A stretch of DNA of 64,000 nt from Gemmatimonadaceae bacterium (lineage in GTDB: Bacteria > Gemmatimonadota > Gemmatimonadetes > Gemmatimonadales > Gemmatimonadaceae), in contig JBHELX010000013.1 in NCBI GenBank assembly GCA_046262875.1, positions 17,973-81,972 of the forward strand, read 5' to 3'. Positions 44,661-55,370 of the stretch are shown one piece after another. Every line of letters starts with the position of its first letter. Position 1 is the stretch's first letter. The notes beneath the pieces are model-generated. The model worked only from the letters and a program-made list of their open reading frames with translations. It had not been told where the DNA came from and made no database searches. The position numbers were made by a program, and so were the translations under genes.

Positions 44661-46940
44661 ATGGAACGCATTGAACGCGAATTCGCGGGTAGGAAGCTCG
44701 TCATCGAGACGGGCCGCATGGCAAAGCAGGCAGCAGGGTCAGCATTGGTTCAGTTCGGCGAAACGATGGTCCTCGCAGCGGTGACGGTTAGCGACAACGA
44801 AAGTCCGCTCCCGTTTTTCCCGCTCCTCGTCGAATACCGTGACAAGGCCTACGCAGCAGGAAAAATCCCCGGTGGATTCATCAAGCGCGAAGGCCGCCCT
44901 CACGATTCAGAAATTCTGAAAGCAAGAATCATCGATCGCTCCATCCGGCCGCTTTTTCCGGAAGGATTCAAGAACGAGGTTCAGGTTTTCATCTATGTGA
45001 TCTCAGCGGACCAGGAGAATGACGCCGACGTGATGGCTCTGGTCGCAGCGTCGTACGCGATCAACACTTCGAAGATCCCCTTCATGGGCCCGATCGCCGG
45101 TGTGCGCGTTGGAAGAGTTCAGGAAAACTGGATTCTCAATCCGACCTTCCAGCAGCTTCCGTACAGTGACATGGATATCGTGATCGCCGGCTCGAAGGAT
45201 TCGATCATGATGGTCGAGGGCGGAGCGATCGAAGTACCCGAGGCGGACATCCTCGAGGCAATCACCGTTGGACACGGCGGCATCAAGGAGCTGATCTCGA
45301 TCCAGGAAGAAATGCTCGCTCGCGGCCGCGCCGAGAAAATGTCGTGGACCAAACCGGCGTCGCCCGAAGCGCTGGAGACTCGCGTCAAAGCCCTCGCTGA
45401 AGGTCCGATTGTCGACGCGATCAACCAGGCTGAAAAGCACACGCGCATTCAGTCGGTCGAGCGCACGAAGAAGGAAATCGCAAAGGCGCTGCTCGATGAA
45501 TTCCCCGAGAACAGCAAGGACATAGCTGCTCTCGTCGAGGACGTCGAGTACAACAGTCTTCGATCTCAGGTACTCGAAACGGGCAAACGTGTAGATGGTC
45601 GCGGGCTGAAAGAAATTCGACCCATCACTGTCGAGACTCAGATTTTACCGCGCGCGCACGGATCCGCGCTTTTCACTCGCGGACAGACGCAGGCGCTCGT
45701 TGTCGTGACTCTTGGAACGGCGAATGACGTGCAGCGTCTCGATTCAATCGATGAAGCGGGCGAGTCAACAAAGTCGTTCATGCTGCATTACAATTTCCCG
45801 CCGTTCTCCACCGGAGAGGTTCGACCGATGCGTGGAACGAGCCGGCGTGAGATCGGCCACGGAAATCTTGCCGAGCGCGCGCTGCAAAGCGTGCTGCCTG
45901 CGTTCGACGAATTTCCGTACACGATTCGAATCGTTTCCGATGTTCTCGAATCGAACGGGTCTTCTTCGATGGCTTCCGTTTGTGGCGGATCACTCGCTCT
46001 GTTCGACGCGGGAGTTCCAATTCGTGGAGCCGTTGCAGGCGTCGCGATGGGTCTCATCAAGGAAGGATCGAAATACGCGATCCTCACGGACATCCTCGGC
46101 ACCGAGGATCACCTCGGCGACATGGACTTCAAGGTCGCGGGAACAGAAACGGGCGTGACTTCCATTCAAATGGACATCAAGATCCAGGGTCTCGACCTCA
46201 AGATCATGGACGAGGCGCTCACGCAAGCGAAAGAAGGTCGCTTGCACATTCTCGGCGAGATGAACAAGTCATTGCCCGCACATCGCGATGATCTCTCGAA
46301 GTACGCTCCTCGGATTGTGACGGTCAACATCAATCCGGAAAAGATTGGCGACCTCATCGGGCCCAAGGGCAAGACCATTCGGGGAATTCAGGAAGAGACT
46401 GGTGCCGAGATCACCGTGGACGACACTGGATTGGTTACGATCGCGGCGGTCGGCGGAGAGGCGATGGAGCGCGCCCGCCAGATGGTTCAGTCGCTTACTG
46501 CTGAGCCGGTCATCGGCGAGACGTACGAAGGTACTGTGAAGAGCACGACTGCCTTCGGCGCATTCGTTGAGATCATGCCCGGAACAGAAGGGCTCGTTCA
46601 TATCTCCGAGCTCAAGCACGGCCGAACGGAAAAAACGGAAGATGTCGTGAAGAAGGGCGACCGCGTGAAGGTCAAGCTTCTCGAGCGCGATGAGCGTGGA
46701 CGTCTTCGTCTTTCGATGAAGGCGCTCGTACCGAAGCCCGAAGGTGGCGCATTCGGAGAGAGCCCGGCTGAAGGATCAACAGGCAGGAACGCCAACGATG
46801 GAAATGCGTCTCCCGTCGATGACGGGTATGCACCGGTTGGCGAAGAGACAGGTGCAGCTGTAGGGCAACGCGAAGAACGTCCGCGGCGCCCGCGCGGTGG
46901 ACGTCCCTCTCGCAGCGGTGGAGGCAGAAGCCGCGAGTGA
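44661..46940 (+). CDS. pnp: Polyribonucleotide nucleotidyltransferase
   Basis: MERIERE start after GAAGGA, FFPLLVEYR, RREIGHG, TEDHLGDMDFKVAG, KH and S1 domains. Confidence 0.97.
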   Translation: MERIEREFAGRKLVIETGRMAKQAAGSALVQFGETMVLAAVTVSDNESPLPFFPLLVEYRDKAYAAGKIPGGFIKREGRPHDSEILKARIIDRSIRPLFPEGFKNEVQVFIYVISADQENDADVMALVAASYAINTSKIPFMGPIAGVRVGRVQENWILNPTFQQLPYSDMDIVIAGSKDSIMMVEGGAIEVPEADILEAITVGHGGIKELISIQEEMLARGRAEKMSWTKPASPEALETRVKALAEGPIVDAINQAEKHTRIQSVERTKKEIAKALLDEFPENSKDIAALVEDVEYNSLRSQVLETGKRVDGRGLKEIRPITVETQILPRAHGSALFTRGQTQALVVVTLGTANDVQRLDSIDEAGESTKSFMLHYNFPPFSTGEVRPMRGTSRREIGHGNLAERALQSVLPAFDEFPYTIRIVSDVLESNGSSSMASVCGGSLALFDAGVPIRGAVAGVAMGLIKEGSKYAILTDILGTEDHLGDMDFKVAGTETGVTSIQMDIKIQGLDLKIMDEALTQAKEGRLHILGEMNKSLPAHRDDLSKYAPRIVTVNINPEKIGDLIGPKGKTIRGIQEETGAEITVDDTGLVTIAAVGGEAMERARQMVQSLTAEPVIGETYEGTVKSTTAFGAFVEIMPGTEGLVHISELKHGRTEKTEDVVKKGDRVKVKLLERDERGRLRLSMKALVPKPEGGAFGESPAEGSTGRNANDGNASPVDDGYAPVGEETGAAVGQREERPRRPRGGRPSRSGGGRSRE

Positions 46941-48223
46941 CCTCTGCTATGGCGATGAGTGATGTAACGCTTCGCCGTACCGTTCTTGGAAATGGCCTGA
47001 CCGTACTTTCGGAGCACATGCCGGGAGTGCGGTCGGTCGCGTTAGGCGCCTGGGTGCGCGCGGCGTCGCTCCACGAAAGTCCGGAAACAATGGGATTGTC
47101 GCATCTCCTCGAGCACATGGTGTTCAAGGGAACCGAGCGGCGTTCGGCAAAAGAGCTCGCTGTTGCATTGGAGTCGGTTGGAGGATCACTCGATGCCTAC
47201 ACTTCGCGCGAGCACACATCCTATCAGGCGCGCGTTCTCGACGAGCACGTCGAGATTGCTGCTGACGTCCTTGCCGATCTGATTTTCCGCCCGTTGTTGC
47301 GGGCGTCTGACCTCGAGATGGAACGCAAAGTAGTTCTCGAGGAAATAAGCACTGTCGAAGACACGCCGGACGATCTGGTATTCGAGCTCCACGGCGCGCG
47401 ACTGTGGGGCGATCACCCTTATGGATATCCGATTCTCGGAACGCGCGAGACGGTAGGTTCGTTTTCCACGAACGATCTTCGCGGGCTTCACGATCGCACG
47501 TATCATCCGGAACATGTCGTGGTAGCAGCGTCCGGGAACATCGAGCACGATGACCTCATCTCGATTCTCGAGCGGACAGGATGGAATTCGTTCCCGTCAG
47601 GCGGCAAATCCCGCCTTGGTTCGAGACCCGCGGTTCCTGCGATTCCCACGATCACACACTTCGAGCGCGAAGGCGCCCAGACACACATTGTCTTCGGGTC
47701 TGCCACGGTTCCGCACGGCGACCCACGCCGCTACGCGATGGCTCTCGTGAGCACGCTACTCGGCGGAGGCATGAGCTCTCGTCTTTTTCAGAGGGTGCGG
47801 GAAGAGTTGGGTCTCGCGTACGCGGTTTACACGTTCCAATCGTTTCATCATGATGCTGGAATTCATGGCGTCTATGTCGGGACTGGTCCGGAAACGGCGG
47901 GCTTGGCAAGTGACGCGATACGCGACGAGCTGGCTCGCGTCGCGGCCGAGGGAATTCCCGATGATGAGCTGGCTGCTGGCAAAAACCAGTTAAAGGGTCA
48001 GATTACACTCTCGCTCGAAAGCGTATCTTCGCGGATGTATCGCGCGGCGGGCGTCGAGCTTTACGACGAGGAATTCCGGTCGCTTGACGAAGTGCTCGCA
48101 CTGATTGACTCCATCGATCGCGAGAGTGTTCTTGCGGTCTGTCGCGATTTTTTCGCGCCGGATCTTCAGACTGTTGTAAGTCTGGGACCGCTCGCGGCGC
48201 AGAGCGCGACACTTACTCAATAA
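46937..48223 (+). CDS. M16 family zinc peptidase
   Basis: HLLEHMVFKG (HXXEH), GGGMSSRLFQRVREELGLAY; pnp-M16 synteny. Confidence 0.92.
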   Translation: MTSAMAMSDVTLRRTVLGNGLTVLSEHMPGVRSVALGAWVRAASLHESPETMGLSHLLEHMVFKGTERRSAKELAVALESVGGSLDAYTSREHTSYQARVLDEHVEIAADVLADLIFRPLLRASDLEMERKVVLEEISTVEDTPDDLVFELHGARLWGDHPYGYPILGTRETVGSFSTNDLRGLHDRTYHPEHVVVAASGNIEHDDLISILERTGWNSFPSGGKSRLGSRPAVPAIPTITHFEREGAQTHIVFGSATVPHGDPRRYAMALVSTLLGGGMSSRLFQRVREELGLAYAVYTFQSFHHDAGIHGVYVGTGPETAGLASDAIRDELARVAAEGIPDDELAAGKNQLKGQITLSLESVSSRMYRAAGVELYDEEFRSLDEVLALIDSIDRESVLAVCRDFFAPDLQTVVSLGPLAAQSATLTQ

Positions 48224-48240
48224 CGTTCAACTAAAATCGA

Positions 48241-49362
48241 ATGAAGATCGGCGTACCAAAAGAGATAAAGACAAACGAGAATCGCATCGCGCTTGTTCCT
48301 GCCGGCGCAGAGGTTCTCGTTTCCGCGGGTCACGATGTGCTGATTCAGACCGGCGCGGGAGAGGGAAGCGGCTTTCCTGACGAGGATTATGTGAATGTGG
48401 GCGCGCGGATTGCGCCGAATGCGGCGGAAGTCTGGCGCGAAGCCGACATGATCATGAAGGTCAAGGAGCCCATCAAGCGCGAGTGGCCGCGCATGCGGAA
48501 GGGTCAGACGATCTTCACGTACTTCCATTTTGCCGCTGATGAAACGCTGACGCGCGCGCACATCGACAGCGGAGCTACGTGCATTGCGTACGAGACTGTC
48601 GAGTTACCGAATCGCGAGCTGCCGCTGCTCACGCCGATGTCGGAAGTCGCTGGACGAATGGCTGTGCAGGAAGGGGCGAAATATCTCGAGAAACTTTACG
48701 GTGGACGCGGGGTTCTCCTCGGCGGCGTGCCCGGTGTGCCCCCCGCGAAGGTAGTGATCATCGGTGGCGGAGTTGTCGGAATCAACGCGGCGAAAATGGC
48801 TGCGGGAATGGGTGCGAAAGTCACGGTTCTCGACCTGTCGCTCGAGAGATTGAGATATCTATCTGACGTGATGCCGGCGAACGTAACTCTCATTTACTCC
48901 AATCGTCATAACATTTTGGAGCAGATCTCGACTGCCGACCTGGTGGTGGGCGCCGTTCTGATTCCAGGCGCAGTGGCACCGCGGCTCATTCGCCGCGAGG
49001 ATCTCAAGAGAATGCAACCAGGTTCTGTCATCGTTGATGTTGCTATCGATCAAGGCGGCATCGTTGAGACAATCAAAGCGACGACTCACGAGAATCCGAC
49101 TTATGTCGTCGACGGCGTGATTCACTACGGCGTTGCCAACATGCCTGGCGGAGTTCCACGCACCTCTACTCTCGCGCTCACCAACGCTACTTTCCCATAT
49201 GCACTGAAACTCGCGAATCTTGGCTGGAAGCGCGCACTCAAGGAAAGTGTTCCATTACAGAAAGGCTTGAACGTCGTCGACGGACAAGTCGTTTATCCTG
49301 CTGTTGCTGAGGCATTCGGCTTGCCACTGAAAAGCGTCGATTCATACCTGACCAGAGACTAA
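48241..49362 (+). CDS. ald: Alanine dehydrogenase
   Basis: [37 protein letters not shown]. Confidence 0.96.
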   Translation: MKIGVPKEIKTNENRIALVPAGAEVLVSAGHDVLIQTGAGEGSGFPDEDYVNVGARIAPNAAEVWREADMIMKVKEPIKREWPRMRKGQTIFTYFHFAADETLTRAHIDSGATCIAYETVELPNRELPLLTPMSEVAGRMAVQEGAKYLEKLYGGRGVLLGGVPGVPPAKVVIIGGGVVGINAAKMAAGMGAKVTVLDLSLERLRYLSDVMPANVTLIYSNRHNILEQISTADLVVGAVLIPGAVAPRLIRREDLKRMQPGSVIVDVAIDQGGIVETIKATTHENPTYVVDGVIHYGVANMPGGVPRTSTLALTNATFPYALKLANLGWKRALKESVPLQKGLNVVDGQVVYPAVAEAFGLPLKSVDSYLTRD

Positions 49363-50400
49363 ATGCGCTGGCCCTTCTGGAAAGCGGGATCGTTTTTTCC
49401 CGCGAATGCGATTGCGGTGGACCTCGGTACCGCCAATACACTGATCTATGTGAAGGGCGAGGGAATCGTTCTCAACGAGCCGTCGGTGGTGGCGCTCGAC
49501 CGCGAGTCGAAAAAAATCAAAGGCGTAGGACTCGAGGCGAAGCGAATGCTTGGACGGACGCCCGAGGGAGTCATCGCCGTGCGTCCGATGAAGGATGGCG
49601 TCATCGCGGACTTCGACGTTACCGAGAAGATGCTTCGGTATTTCCTCGCGCTCATCATCGAGAATCACGTCTTCAAGGTGAAGCCGCGAGTTATCGTGTG
49701 TGTTCCATCCGGAATCACCGAAGTCGAAAAGCGCGCAGTTCGTGACTCGGCGCTCGGCGCTGGGGCGAAGGAAGTCTTCATGGTAGCTGAGCCCATGGCT
49801 GCCGCGATCGGTGTCGGACTCCCTGTCGAGACGCCCACCGGAAACATGGTCATCGACATTGGAGGCGGAACGACAGAAATTGCCGTCATCGCATTATCCG
49901 GAATTGTGAGCGACACCTCGATTCGAACCGGCGGCGACGAATTGGATATGGCGATTCTTCAATCGATGAGAAAGAATTACAACCTGCTCATCGGTGAATC
50001 GACCGCCGAGCAGGTCAAGATTCAGATCGGATCCGCGTATCCGGTTGGTGAAGAGCGGGAGATGGAAGTGAAGGGAAGAGATCTGGTTTCAGGAATACCA
50101 AAGAGCGTGCGAATTCATTCAGCGGAGATTCGCGATGCGGTGCAGGAGCCGATTCAGCAGATCGTGGGTGCCGTTCGCCGCGCGCTCGAGATCACTCCGC
50201 CGGAGCTTGCGGCGGATATCGTCGAGCGGGGTATAGTTATGACCGGAGGCGGCGCGCTCATTCGCGGGCTCGACGTTCTTCTGTCGCAGGAAACCGGTCT
50301 CCCGATTCATGTCGATGAAGATCCGCTGACTTGTGTCGTTCGCGGCTGTGGACGGATCCTCGACGACGAGGACAAGTACTGGTCTGTACTAGCCACCTGA
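49363..50400 (+). CDS. mreB: Rod shape-determining protein MreB
   Basis: [29 protein letters not shown]. Confidence 0.97.
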   Translation: MRWPFWKAGSFFPANAIAVDLGTANTLIYVKGEGIVLNEPSVVALDRESKKIKGVGLEAKRMLGRTPEGVIAVRPMKDGVIADFDVTEKMLRYFLALIIENHVFKVKPRVIVCVPSGITEVEKRAVRDSALGAGAKEVFMVAEPMAAAIGVGLPVETPTGNMVIDIGGGTTEIAVIALSGIVSDTSIRTGGDELDMAILQSMRKNYNLLIGESTAEQVKIQIGSAYPVGEEREMEVKGRDLVSGIPKSVRIHSAEIRDAVQEPIQQIVGAVRRALEITPPELAADIVERGIVMTGGGALIRGLDVLLSQETGLPIHVDEDPLTCVVRGCGRILDDEDKYWSVLAT

Positions 50401-50407
50401 GGCTGAA

Positions 50408-51583
50408 GTGGCACGCGCACTAAGAAGCAGCAATCGCGGTGATCTGATGGTCCTTGGCGCCTGCGCCTTGATGGCGCTGGTGGCGAGAGGTCTTCCCGCA
50501 AACATGCGAGATCCAATCGCAACATCGATGCGGCGCACCTTCCTCGCACCGCTCGTCATGCTCCAGGAGCGAGCCGAAGCGAGTCGCCGCTCACTGAGTC
50601 TCGACGAGCAGCGCACCCAGATTCGCGACAGCGTGACGCTCAAGGCGATGACGGTCGCAAGTCTTGAAAATGAGAATGACAGGCTGCGACAAGTGATTGG
50701 ACTGGGATCGCGAATTCAATGGGGATTCATCGCCGCCGAAGCGATTCACGGACGCGGCGTTCGCGACGTCACATCAATGACACTCACTGCCGGGTCGAAT
50801 GCCGGTGTGCGCCGCTTGAGTCCAGTGATTGCGCCCGAGGGTGTTGTTGGAATGGTCACCGACGTCGATCCAACGATGAGCCAGGCGATGATCTGGACTC
50901 ATCCTGATTTTCGCGTTAGCGCAATGTCAGAGGACGGAAGCGCATTTGGAATCGTGGAGGGGCATCTCGCCAGTGCGACGAGTGGTTATCTGATGGAGCT
51001 TCGCGGAATTCCATTTCGTACGGCGCTGAAACCTGGAACGCTGATCGTCAGCTCCGGTCTCGGTGGCGTTTGGCCGCGGGGAATTCCAATTGGAAAAGTG
51101 CTGGAAGAGGTAAAAACGTCTGAAGGCTGGGCGCGCACATACTTGATAAAACCTGCGGTTTCGCCGGCCGATCTTGGTGCCGTGATGATTCTTCGGCCGG
51201 AGCGTACCACGAAGCCATTCGAGAATGTCTGGGCAAATGTGGTGGGCGCCGATGAAGCGGCGAAACGCATTGTAGCCGCTGGTGATTCTGCTGCGAAGGC
51301 TGCGGCTCTTGCTGAAGCAGCGGCTCGTCGCGCCGCGCTCGAGCCTGCACGAGACACTACTGCGGGCGGACAAGTCCCCGGCGGGTTGCCTCCCGAGCTG
51401 AGACCGGACACCGTCGGGACAGGGGCGGCCGGCGCTGCGCCGCTTACGGATTCCGCCCGCGCGGCAGCTGCGAGACGCGCAGCCCGGCGCGCAGCGGCAC
51501 GTCGCGACTCGCTGAGACGCGACTCCGCACGGACGGATTCGGTCCGGCGCGATTCTCTGCGCAGTCCGACAAGAGGATTCTGA
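50408..51583 (+). CDS. mreC: Rod shape-determining protein MreC with long low-complexity C-terminal tail
   Basis: LENENDRLR, TLTAGS..G, SSGLGGVWPRGIPIG; Ala/Arg/Asp-rich tail. Confidence 0.92.
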   Translation: MARALRSSNRGDLMVLGACALMALVARGLPANMRDPIATSMRRTFLAPLVMLQERAEASRRSLSLDEQRTQIRDSVTLKAMTVASLENENDRLRQVIGLGSRIQWGFIAAEAIHGRGVRDVTSMTLTAGSNAGVRRLSPVIAPEGVVGMVTDVDPTMSQAMIWTHPDFRVSAMSEDGSAFGIVEGHLASATSGYLMELRGIPFRTALKPGTLIVSSGLGGVWPRGIPIGKVLEEVKTSEGWARTYLIKPAVSPADLGAVMILRPERTTKPFENVWANVVGADEAAKRIVAAGDSAAKAAALAEAAARRAALEPARDTTAGGQVPGGLPPELRPDTVGTGAAGAAPLTDSARAAAARRAARRAAARRDSLRRDSARTDSVRRDSLRSPTRGF

Positions 51584-52071
51584 TGACACTTGGCGGGACG
51601 CTGCGCGCGATTGTAACGTTCGTGATACTGGTGTTGCTTCATTATACGTTGCGTCCGCTTCTTGGTTTGCGAGCTCCGATGGATTTTCTCCTTCTCGCTC
51701 TACTGCTCGCGTCCATTCGCGTCAGGCCTGCGGTGGGGGCGCTGATCGGACTGGCATTGGGAATCGTTGCTGATTCTTTGACGCCTGATTCGCTCGGAGC
51801 CGCCGCGCTCGCGATGACAGTCGTCGGCTACCTGGCATCATGGCTAAAGGCAGTGTTCTTCGCCGATAATCTCGCATTGAACGCGTTCTTCTTTTTCGTC
51901 GGCAAGTGGCTGTTCGACATCATCTACTTTGTCGTCGAAGGTCGGCTCGGTGGAATCGAGCTCGTGCAACAGCTTCTGTTGTGGTCGCCGCTGTCCGCAG
52001 CGGCAACCGCAATTGCGGGAATCATTCTTCTCCTGATCATGCGGCCCATGCTCGAGCCGTCACACGCATGA
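51583..52071 (+). CDS. mreD: Rod shape-determining protein MreD
   Basis: Multi-TM protein between mreC and mrdA; GALIGLALGIVADSL. Confidence 0.88.
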   Translation: MTLGGTLRAIVTFVILVLLHYTLRPLLGLRAPMDFLLLALLLASIRVRPAVGALIGLALGIVADSLTPDSLGAAALAMTVVGYLASWLKAVFFADNLALNAFFFFVGKWLFDIIYFVVEGRLGGIELVQQLLLWSPLSAAATAIAGIILLLIMRPMLEPSHA

Positions 52072-53846
52072 GCTTCCATCCGAACGACATCGCGCGGCGA
52101 ACGCGGCTCAGCTCGATCGTTCTTGCGATCGGCTTCGTCGCATTGCTCGGTGCGTTTTTCCGAACGCAGGTCGTCGATCATCAGAACTATGCAACGCAGT
52201 CGGAAGAGAACAGGCTGCGAGCAATTCCGCTTCCTGCGCCGCGCGGAATCATCTACGATCGGAAAGGCCAGATCATCGCGGAAAATCTTCCCGCGTATTC
52301 GGTGTCGCTCATCGCGCCAAACGAGGATTCACTTCGCGCGGCGCTCAACACGCTTCAACCGACATTGCAACTTTCCGCGAGCGATATTTCGGCGGCAATC
52401 CGGCGATTCCGCCGCGCCCCAACCCGTCCTACGGTAGTTCTGCCCGATGCATCAATCGACGTCATATCGGTTCTCGAGGAGCATCGAATCGATTTTCCTC
52501 GCCTCATCATTCAATCGGTCCCGAAGCGATACTACCCTGACGGTCAGGTCGTCGCATCGTTCGTGGGCTACACCGGTGAGATCAGCGAGGACGAGCTCAA
52601 CAAGCCGCAGTACGCCGGATACAAGCCGGGTGAGATCATCGGAAAGGGTGGTCTCGAGAAGCAATACGAGACTGATCTGCATGGTGAGGAAGGCGAGCGA
52701 TACGACGAAGTCGACGCGCGCGGGCGGCCGGTTCGCGGTGTGGGACCGCGTCCGGAGCGTGAGCCCCGCGGAGCGCCCGCACTAAAAACCAACATCGATC
52801 TCGACCTGCAGAAATTCATTGCGCAGGCGTTCGGCGATTCGTTGCAGGGAGGCGCGATTGCAATGGATCCGAAGACCGGAGCTGTCCTGGCTCTCTACAG
52901 CGCGCCGAGCTTCGACCCAAATCGGTTCACAGGCGGAATTCCCGCTGATTATTGGAAGCAGTTGAACACCGATCCACGTCGTCCGCTTTTCAATAAGATC
53001 ATTCAAGGAACGTATCCACCGGGCTCGACGTGGAAGCTTGCGACGTCGACGATTGGACTCGAGGAGCAGCTCGTCACGATCGATTCTCACATGCCGATTT
53101 CGTGCTCGGGCGGATTGCAGTACGGTCGCCGCTATTTCCGCTGTTGGGAGAAGAAGGGTCACGGAAGTTTGAGTCTCTCGGGCGCCATCACGCATTCGTG
53201 CGACGTATTCTTCTATCAGCTCGGACTCAAGATCGGTCTTGCGAGACTCGTCGCCGGTGGAATCGATCTGGAATTCCGAGACCGGTCCGGGATCGATCTT
53301 CCGAACGAGATTCGTCCGCGCTTTCCCGCGAAGGATGTGAAAGCGTACTACGATCGAATGTTCGGTGCGCGAAACTGGAGCAACGCCGAAACGCTGAATC
53401 TCGCGATTGGCCAGGGCGCGAATTCGCAGACCGTCGTAAACATGGCAAAGTTCTACACAGCGCTTGCGACTGATGGAACAGCGTCGAAACCCGAGCTCGT
53501 CGCGCGTAATCCCGAGCGCAAGAAAATCATGAACCTTACCCTGGCTGAGATGGACGGCTTGCGCAAAGCGATGGCGGGCGTGACATCCGCCGGCGGCACT
53601 GCGGCATCGGCCAACATTCAGGGACTCACGATCGCGGGCAAGACGGGTAGCGCGCAAAACACGGAGAATCCTGACAAGGATCACGCCTGGTTTGTGGGTT
53701 TCGCGCCTGCAGAAGATCCGAAAATTGTCGTCGGCGTATTTCTGGAGTTCGGAATTCACGGTTATTTCGCTGCGCGTATCGCGTCGAAGATCATCGGCTA
53801 CTACCTGCACGTACAGCCTGCCGACTTCGTCGACACGGGCGGCTGA
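52068..53846 (+). CDS. mrdA: Penicillin-binding protein 2
   Basis: ATG at 52068 (ATGA overlap); APRGIIYDR, PPGSTWK (SxxK), SCD, KTGSAQ. Confidence 0.95.
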   Translation: MSFHPNDIARRTRLSSIVLAIGFVALLGAFFRTQVVDHQNYATQSEENRLRAIPLPAPRGIIYDRKGQIIAENLPAYSVSLIAPNEDSLRAALNTLQPTLQLSASDISAAIRRFRRAPTRPTVVLPDASIDVISVLEEHRIDFPRLIIQSVPKRYYPDGQVVASFVGYTGEISEDELNKPQYAGYKPGEIIGKGGLEKQYETDLHGEEGERYDEVDARGRPVRGVGPRPEREPRGAPALKTNIDLDLQKFIAQAFGDSLQGGAIAMDPKTGAVLALYSAPSFDPNRFTGGIPADYWKQLNTDPRRPLFNKIIQGTYPPGSTWKLATSTIGLEEQLVTIDSHMPISCSGGLQYGRRYFRCWEKKGHGSLSLSGAITHSCDVFFYQLGLKIGLARLVAGGIDLEFRDRSGIDLPNEIRPRFPAKDVKAYYDRMFGARNWSNAETLNLAIGQGANSQTVVNMAKFYTALATDGTASKPELVARNPERKKIMNLTLAEMDGLRKAMAGVTSAGGTAASANIQGLTIAGKTGSAQNTENPDKDHAWFVGFAPAEDPKIVVGVFLEFGIHGYFAARIASKIIGYYLHVQPADFVDTGG

Positions 53847-53849
53847 TCG

Positions 53850-55094
53850 ATGCGCCGCATCGTAGCGGATTATCCACTCGTAATCATCGCGCTCGCCCTT
53901 TCGATTTTTGGCGTCGCGATGGTTTATTCAGCGGGGCAAACTGATACGCCCACCGCGGTCGCGCGCGTTTACAAATCCCAGATCGTCTGGCTCGTCATCG
54001 GGATGATCGGTGCCTATGGGATAAGCCGATCATCGGTGCGGTTCATCGAGTGGATGACGATTCCCGCTTATATCCTGTCTGTTGCGTTGCTCGCATTGAC
54101 GCTCGTTGTCGGAAAGGGTGCGGGCACCGCGGCCAGCACGAAGAGTTGGCTCGCAATCGGGAGCGTTAGAATCGGCCAGCCTTCGGAGGTTGCAAAAGTC
54201 ACGGTTGTGCTGATGCTCGCCTACGTTCTCGCATCGAGGAAAGAGCCGCCAAAATCACTTCTCGATCTTTGGAGGCCTGCGCTGATTGTCCTCATCCCCT
54301 GGGCGATCATCATGCTTCAACCGGATCTTGGAACGGGAATCGTTTTCATCGGGATCTTTTTCGGGATGTTGTACTGGTCGGGCGTGGCCTGGCCGCTTTT
54401 GCTCCTCCTCGCAAGTCCTGTTGTGAGCCTCGTCCTTTCATTCAGCACGGGACTGTGGGGCGCGTGGTTCCTCGTGCTTCTAGCGCTGGTGCTCTACTAC
54501 CGTCCGTATCTGGTAGAAGGGATTGTGCTGATGCTCGCGAACATCGCCACCGGTGTAATCGCACCGATTCTTTGGGAGAAGTTGGCGCCGTATCAACAGA
54601 ATCGATTGAAGACGTTCATCGATCCCTCCGCTGACCCGCGAGCATCGGGCTATCACGTCATTCAGTCGAAGATTGCGATTGGATCAGGCGGCTGGGTCGG
54701 CAAAGGGTTTACTATGGGAACGCAGAAACGACTGGCATTCCTGCCTGAGCAGCACACGGATTTTATTTTTGCCGTCGTCGGCGAAGAAATGGGTTTCATC
54801 GGAGTTACCGTCGCCCTGACGCTTTTCCTCGCACTCTTTCTTCGCGTAACGCAAATCGCGGGACGAGCGAACGATTCATTCAGCTCGCTGGTTGCGTTCG
54901 GTTTAATGGCCAGCTGGTTTGTTCACGTTCTGGTCAACGTCGGTATGACGCTCAACCTCATGCCGATCACGGGCATCCCGCTTCCGTTCTTCAGCTACGG
55001 TGGATCGTTCATGCTCGCGAGCTGGCTCGCGATCGGGATACTGATGCGAATCTCCGGCGAGGGTCGCGGCAAGGCTGCATTCAAGAAGAGCTGA
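53850..55094 (+). CDS. rodA: SEDS protein RodA
   Basis: QPSEVAK, QPDLGT, IGSGG, LPEQHTDFIF, GIPLPFFSYGGS. Confidence 0.95.
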   Translation: MRRIVADYPLVIIALALSIFGVAMVYSAGQTDTPTAVARVYKSQIVWLVIGMIGAYGISRSSVRFIEWMTIPAYILSVALLALTLVVGKGAGTAASTKSWLAIGSVRIGQPSEVAKVTVVLMLAYVLASRKEPPKSLLDLWRPALIVLIPWAIIMLQPDLGTGIVFIGIFFGMLYWSGVAWPLLLLLASPVVSLVLSFSTGLWGAWFLVLLALVLYYRPYLVEGIVLMLANIATGVIAPILWEKLAPYQQNRLKTFIDPSADPRASGYHVIQSKIAIGSGGWVGKGFTMGTQKRLAFLPEQHTDFIFAVVGEEMGFIGVTVALTLFLALFLRVTQIAGRANDSFSSLVAFGLMASWFVHVLVNVGMTLNLMPITGIPLPFFSYGGSFMLASWLAIGILMRISGEGRGKAAFKKS

Positions 55095-55099
55095 AAAAG

Positions 55100-55324
55100 C
55101 ACCGCGGACGGCGGACCACGGAAGAACCGCGGAGGGCGGAAAACGGAACAAATCCGCACTTCGGGCTGCGCACCCCGTCCAAACTTTTCCGCCGTCGGCG
55201 TTCTTTCTTGCCGCGTCCGTCGTTCCTCGGCGGTCCGCGTTCCGCGGTGCTTCCGCGGTCCGCCGTCCGCGGTGCTTCCGCGGTCCGCCGTCCGCGGTGC
55301 TTCCGCGGTCCGCCGTCCGCGGTG
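55100..55324. repeat. CACCGCGG-family palindrome with three perfect tandem 25-mers
   Basis: Left arm caccgcggacggcggaccacggaagaaccgcgg; right arm 3 x ccgcggtgcttccgcggtccgccgt (55242-55316) + ccgcggtg. Confidence 0.9.
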
Positions 55325-55370
55325 TTGGACAGCTTGCCTGCCCGAAGGCGACGGGTGACATTTCGGCGAT

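Noticed and set aside
55242-55324. Tandem 25-mers as a CRISPR array
   Set aside because: The repeats are directly adjacent with no spacers, and no cas genes are in the window.
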